Origin: an uncultured Verrucomicrobiota bacterium
GTDB taxonomy: Bacteria; Verrucomicrobiota; Verrucomicrobiia; Verrucomicrobiales; Verrucomicrobiaceae
Length of the DNA stretch: 64,000 nucleotides
Assembly (NCBI GenBank): GCA_903960845.1
Contig: CAJCCF010000198.1
Location: 4,338 to 68,337, forward strand
Direction: 5' to 3'
The notes beneath the pieces were generated by a model. That model had not been told where the DNA came from. It did no database searches and saw nothing but the letters and a program-made list of their open reading frames with translations. A program made the position numbers and the translations under genes. Shown piece by piece: positions 60,525 to 64,000 of the stretch (position 1 is the first letter of the stretch; every line of letters starts with the position of its first letter).

Positions 60525-61889
60525 ATGAGATCAGAGGAAGCAAAACACCGCCAGACACGCATCATCAGCGGCCAGAAAGTGGCCCCGCGCAAGAGCATGG
60601 GGCAAAACTTCCTCGTCGATGAGTCCGTCGCTCAATGGATCGCCGACCAGATCGAGCCGGATGGCGCGGCGTTCGTTGTCGAGCCCGGTCCCGGACTTGG
60701 GGCGATGACCAAGCATCTTGTCGGCAGGCCGCAGCATTTGATGCTGGTTGAAAAAGACAACGATCTCGCGCCGGAGCTGCAAAAACGCTTCGCCAAACGC
60801 AGCGACATGACCGTGTTGCACGGTGATGCCACGCAGATCGATGTGCGGGATTGGTACCGCCATGGCGATGTGCGGGTCATCGGCAATCTGCCATATTCGG
60901 TCGGTGGCGAGATCATGAAGCGCCTGCTCAATCTGCCGACCCCGGTAACCAAAGCCGTGTTCATGCTGCAAAAGGAAGTCTGCATCCGCCTCGCCGCCAA
61001 AGTGGGAGAGGAAGGCTACGGTGCCCTGTCCGTGCTGGTGCAGCGTGACTGGGATGTGGAACTGCTGCGCGTCATTCCTCCTGAGGTTTTCCAGCCCAGG
61101 CCCAAGGTGGACAGCGCCGTGGTGCGCTTCACTCCGCGTGATCCAGGCAGCCTTCCTGTCTGTGACCGGCGGATGTTTGAACGCCTTGTCAGGCTGGGCT
61201 TCAGCCAGCGCCGCAAGCAGATGAAGAACCTCCTGCCCGAGGCACCGGGTGGCTGGCAGGCACTCGTCGATGCTTTGCACATGCCCGCCACGCTGCGCGC
61301 CGAAGAACTCAGTGTGGAGCAATGGGTCCAGCTTTCCCGCTGGTATGAACAGCGCACCAGCATCGACGCCGGTCAAAAATCGAGTGAGATGTTCGACGTC
61401 GTCAATGACCGCAACGAAGTCACCGGCCAGCTCAGTCGCGGTGAAGTTCATGCGCGGGGTCTGCTTCACCGTGCCGTCCATGTCTTCGTCACCAATACCC
61501 GCGGTGACGTCTATCTTCAGAAGCGCTCGCATTTGAAGGATGTTTCGCCACTCAAGTGGGATAGCAGTGCAGCCGGACATCTTGATGTTGGTGAAAGCTA
61601 TGCCGCCTGTGCCATCCGCGAGGTGCGCGAGGAGGTGGGCATCGAAATCACCGGCACGGAATTGATTGCCCAGCTCTCCGCCGGAGCCCACACCGATTAC
61701 GAATTTGTGGAGCTTCACCTTGCCCGGCACAACGGGCCCATGAAGCCTTTGCCTGAAGAAGTTGCCTGCGGTGAATGGTTCAAGCCCGACACCATCACCG
61801 AGTGGGTTGCCGCGCGTCCTCAGGATTTTGCCAAGGGCTTCGTCAGCTGCTGGAAGGCCTGGGCAAGCCGACCGTCAGTGCCGGTTTGA
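60525..61889 (+). CDS. rsmA: 16S rRNA dimethyladenosine transferase fused to a C-terminal Nudix domain
   Basis: KSMGQNFL, EPGPGLG, GNLPY, MLQKEV, F.PRPKVDS, FSQRRK, RAEELS; then the Nudix box GHLDVGESYAACAIREVREEVG. Confidence 0.93.
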   Translation: MRSEEAKHRQTRIISGQKVAPRKSMGQNFLVDESVAQWIADQIEPDGAAFVVEPGPGLGAMTKHLVGRPQHLMLVEKDNDLAPELQKRFAKRSDMTVLHGDATQIDVRDWYRHGDVRVIGNLPYSVGGEIMKRLLNLPTPVTKAVFMLQKEVCIRLAAKVGEEGYGALSVLVQRDWDVELLRVIPPEVFQPRPKVDSAVVRFTPRDPGSLPVCDRRMFERLVRLGFSQRRKQMKNLLPEAPGGWQALVDALHMPATLRAEELSVEQWVQLSRWYEQRTSIDAGQKSSEMFDVVNDRNEVTGQLSRGEVHARGLLHRAVHVFVTNTRGDVYLQKRSHLKDVSPLKWDSSAAGHLDVGESYAACAIREVREEVGIEITGTELIAQLSAGAHTDYEFVELHLARHNGPMKPLPEEVACGEWFKPDTITEWVAARPQDFAKGFVSCWKAWASRPSVPV

Positions 61890-62097
61890 CGAGATGAGAG
61901 CCCAACAAATAGCGTTCTTTGAAGCATTGCCAGGATTCTGCATTCAGTCGGCGCGCAGGTTTATTTCACGCCAGTGCTGACATTGCTCGCCTTTTGAGAA
62001 AGCTGCGGGTAAACTTCGTCATCTGGCGTGCCTGCGTGCAAGTCAGGGTCGATGCCAGGCGGGCAGAGCCGCCTAACCAATATGTTCCTTTCATGTT

Positions 62098-62910
62098 ATG
62101 TTCACGCCCTTAATGTCCCTCGTTTCCGGCTTGAGATTCGGCCTGGAGCACATCACGCCACTGGCTTGGGTGATGCTCTTTGTGCTGGTTTTTCTCTCGA
62201 CGATCAGTTGGGCAATTTTGCTGATGAAGTGGCTTTTGCTGATCCGGACGGATCAGGCCAATCTGGTCTTTTTAGAGAAGTTCCATGAGAGTCCCCACCC
62301 CTTGGTGCTTTTTCTGACAAAAGAGCAGGTTGAGTTATCGCCACTTTATTATGTCTACCACACGGCAGCCAGGGAATTGGCGTTTCAGCTGGTGGGGGAG
62401 GAGGAACCCGGGCGCGATTTTGCGGCGCGGATACATGAAGCTGAGCGCGTTTCTCCCGCACAGATGAGTTATGTGCAGAATGCCATGGAGCGGGCCATGG
62501 TCAGTGCCGCGTTGAGACTCCAGGAGCGTCTGAGTCTGGTGGCCACCGTCGTCTCTGTCTCGCCACTGATCGGGATTTTAGGCACGGTGATCGGACTGTT
62601 GGATGTGTTTGCGGGCTTGGATCCGCAGCACAAGGCGGCGCTGGTGCCGGGAGTGAGTTCGGCCTTGATCACAACGATCGCGGCGCTGGTGGTGGTGATC
62701 CCGAGCCTGGCAGGCTATAATACCCTGATGGATCGCATTCGGACGATGATTGCGCGCATGGACAGCTTTGCCTTCGAACTAAGTGGAGTTTTAGGGCGGC
62801 AGTTTGTGGATCACCGGAAGGCGGATGAGGGGCTGCCGGCTTTGCAGAGTCATGGGGCGCCGGTGATGATGTCCGGCACATCAGATCCAAACCACCACGC
62901 CCGCGCATGA
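62098..62910 (+). CDS. MotA/TolQ/ExbB proton channel family protein
   Basis: Three TMs; SPLIGILGTVIG and GVSSALITT...IPS...YN. Confidence 0.88.
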   Translation: MFTPLMSLVSGLRFGLEHITPLAWVMLFVLVFLSTISWAILLMKWLLLIRTDQANLVFLEKFHESPHPLVLFLTKEQVELSPLYYVYHTAARELAFQLVGEEEPGRDFAARIHEAERVSPAQMSYVQNAMERAMVSAALRLQERLSLVATVVSVSPLIGILGTVIGLLDVFAGLDPQHKAALVPGVSSALITTIAALVVVIPSLAGYNTLMDRIRTMIARMDSFAFELSGVLGRQFVDHRKADEGLPALQSHGAPVMMSGTSDPNHHARA

Positions 62911-63326
62911 AGCGTTTCTCCAGTCTTCATCTGCCGTGCGTGGTTGCCGAGATCAGCGTGATGTCACTGCTGAATCTGGTGCTGCTCATGCTGCTCACGG
63001 TGATCGTTCTGGTGGCGGTGATGCAGGGCGATGGTCAAGCGGGTGATTCCGCTTCGGAAAGGACCGCCGTTAAGTCTGCGCCAGTGACAAGCATCGAACT
63101 GGCTGTGGAGACGGATCTTAAATTGACACTGGCGGGGAAGCGGATCGAGCACGGCGACCTGATCTCCGCGTTAAAAAAACGTGTGGCCACCGAGCCTGAC
63201 CTTGGTGTGGTTGTCCGCATTCCCTCATCGCTTCCGGCTCCGCGACTTCTGGAGATCATGGATGCCCTGCGTGCTGCGTCGGTGCGGCACACAGCTGTCA
63301 CCGCGTTTCCTGTGACAAAATCATAA
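62907..63326 (+). CDS. ExbD/TolR family protein (divergent)
   Basis: EISVMSLLNLVLLMLL TM; periplasmic VVVR...LLEIMDALRAA; ATGA overlap with the tolQ-like gene. Confidence 0.8.
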   Translation: MKRFSSLHLPCVVAEISVMSLLNLVLLMLLTVIVLVAVMQGDGQAGDSASERTAVKSAPVTSIELAVETDLKLTLAGKRIEHGDLISALKKRVATEPDLGVVVRIPSSLPAPRLLEIMDALRAASVRHTAVTAFPVTKS

Positions 63327-63331
63327 GGACT

Positions 63332-64000
63332 ATGTTTCCCTCTGCTCATCTTCGCCTTTCGCATGAATCGCTGGTGCCGGCGCTGATCGGAGTCGGACTG
63401 CTGCACGTGCTGGCGGGCATATTGGTCTGCTCACTCCTGCCGCGAACCTTTTCGGAGCCGAACCTCCTGAATGCGGATGAAACCACCAAGTTAGTTTGGA
63501 GGACTCCATCCGATTTTCTCATGGCAGTGCCGCTCACGCCTTCCAGGAATGAAGCTCACAATTCGGTGATGCATTCGTCATCCCCGGTGTTGCAGCGCCC
63601 AAAAACCAAGTCGCCGATCGCCAGCAAGGGTTCCAAACCCAAGGCCCGCGCTGCGCCAAAAATGACAGAAAGCGCGTTGGATATGGAAACCCGTTTCGGT
63701 GATTTTTCGCCACCTCCCGTGGTTTCCGAGCAGACTCCAGCCTTACCATTGGAATCGGCGGGGAAGGGCAGGCCCGCCAACAAATACATCACGCTTTCGT
63801 CCGTCTCAGGCGAACAGGAGAGCTCTGCCACCGCGCAGTCCGGTAAATCTGCCCCGAGCCAGGCTCTGCCTAATGAAATCAAGAGTGCTGCGGCAGATGT
63901 CCATGCTGGCGCGGACATGGCCGCCGTGGAGAACGCTTTGCAGCAGGCGATTCTCCGCGCATGGGAGGCTCCACCGGTGCAATCCGTGCCGTTAACCCAG
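63332..64000 (+). CDS. TolA/TonB-like energy transducer; runs off the window edge
   Basis: Manual translation MFPSAHLRLSHESLVPALIGVGLLHVLAG... shows a TM with His, a Pro/Lys/Ser-rich linker, and ALQQAILRAWEAPP (start of a TolA/TonB C-domain). Open to the window end. Confidence 0.75.
   Translation, partial: MFPSAHLRLSHESLVPALIGVGLLHVLAGILVCSLLPRTFSEPNLLNADETTKLVWRTPSDFLMAVPLTPSRNEAHNSVMHSSSPVLQRPKTKSPIASKGSKPKARAAPKMTESALDMETRFGDFSPPPVVSEQTPALPLESAGKGRPANKYITLSSVSGEQESSATAQSGKSAPSQALPNEIKSAAADVHAGADMAAVENALQQAILRAWEAPPVQSVPLTQ

Noticed and set aside
61390-61889. Nudix domain as a type 1 IPP isomerase complementing ispG
   Set aside because: It lacks the catalytic Cys motif and has a canonical hydrolase Nudix box.

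Overview
A 64-kb, GC-rich bacterial chromosome segment. Gene content and style (three-domain IspG, long SecA, RsmA-Nudix fusion, MoxR-DUF58-BatA-vWA operon, giant FG-GAP/NHL protein) point to a Verrucomicrobiota genome, probably Prosthecobacter-like; this is inference. Most of the window is housekeeping: tcdA, rseP, ispG, glgX, pdxJ-acpS, secA, eno-ftsB, sucC, polX, a UvrD/Rep helicase, rsmA and a tolQRA-like set. The interesting part is a mosaic accessory block at about 20.0-30.9 kb. It opens with an ACP-condensation didomain gene. Next is a broken ~1500-aa dockerin/Ig/TSP3 surface-protein gene carrying an AT-richer internal cassette with a secreted-phospholipase-A2-like domain, then a partner gene followed by a MITE-interrupted relic of an alternative allele. 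A VapBC pair, a minimal vanadium-haloperoxidase-like gene and a flavin-dependent halogenase-like gene close the block. Also notable: a tRNA-Leu with the rare AAG anticodon, an ExbD/TolR homologue with Asn at the normally essential transmembrane Asp, a TA module inside the MoxR operon, and several palindromic short-unit intergenic elements. No CRISPR, rRNA, integrase, transposase or reverse transcriptase was seen. All assignments come from motif recognition by eye; no database searches were run.
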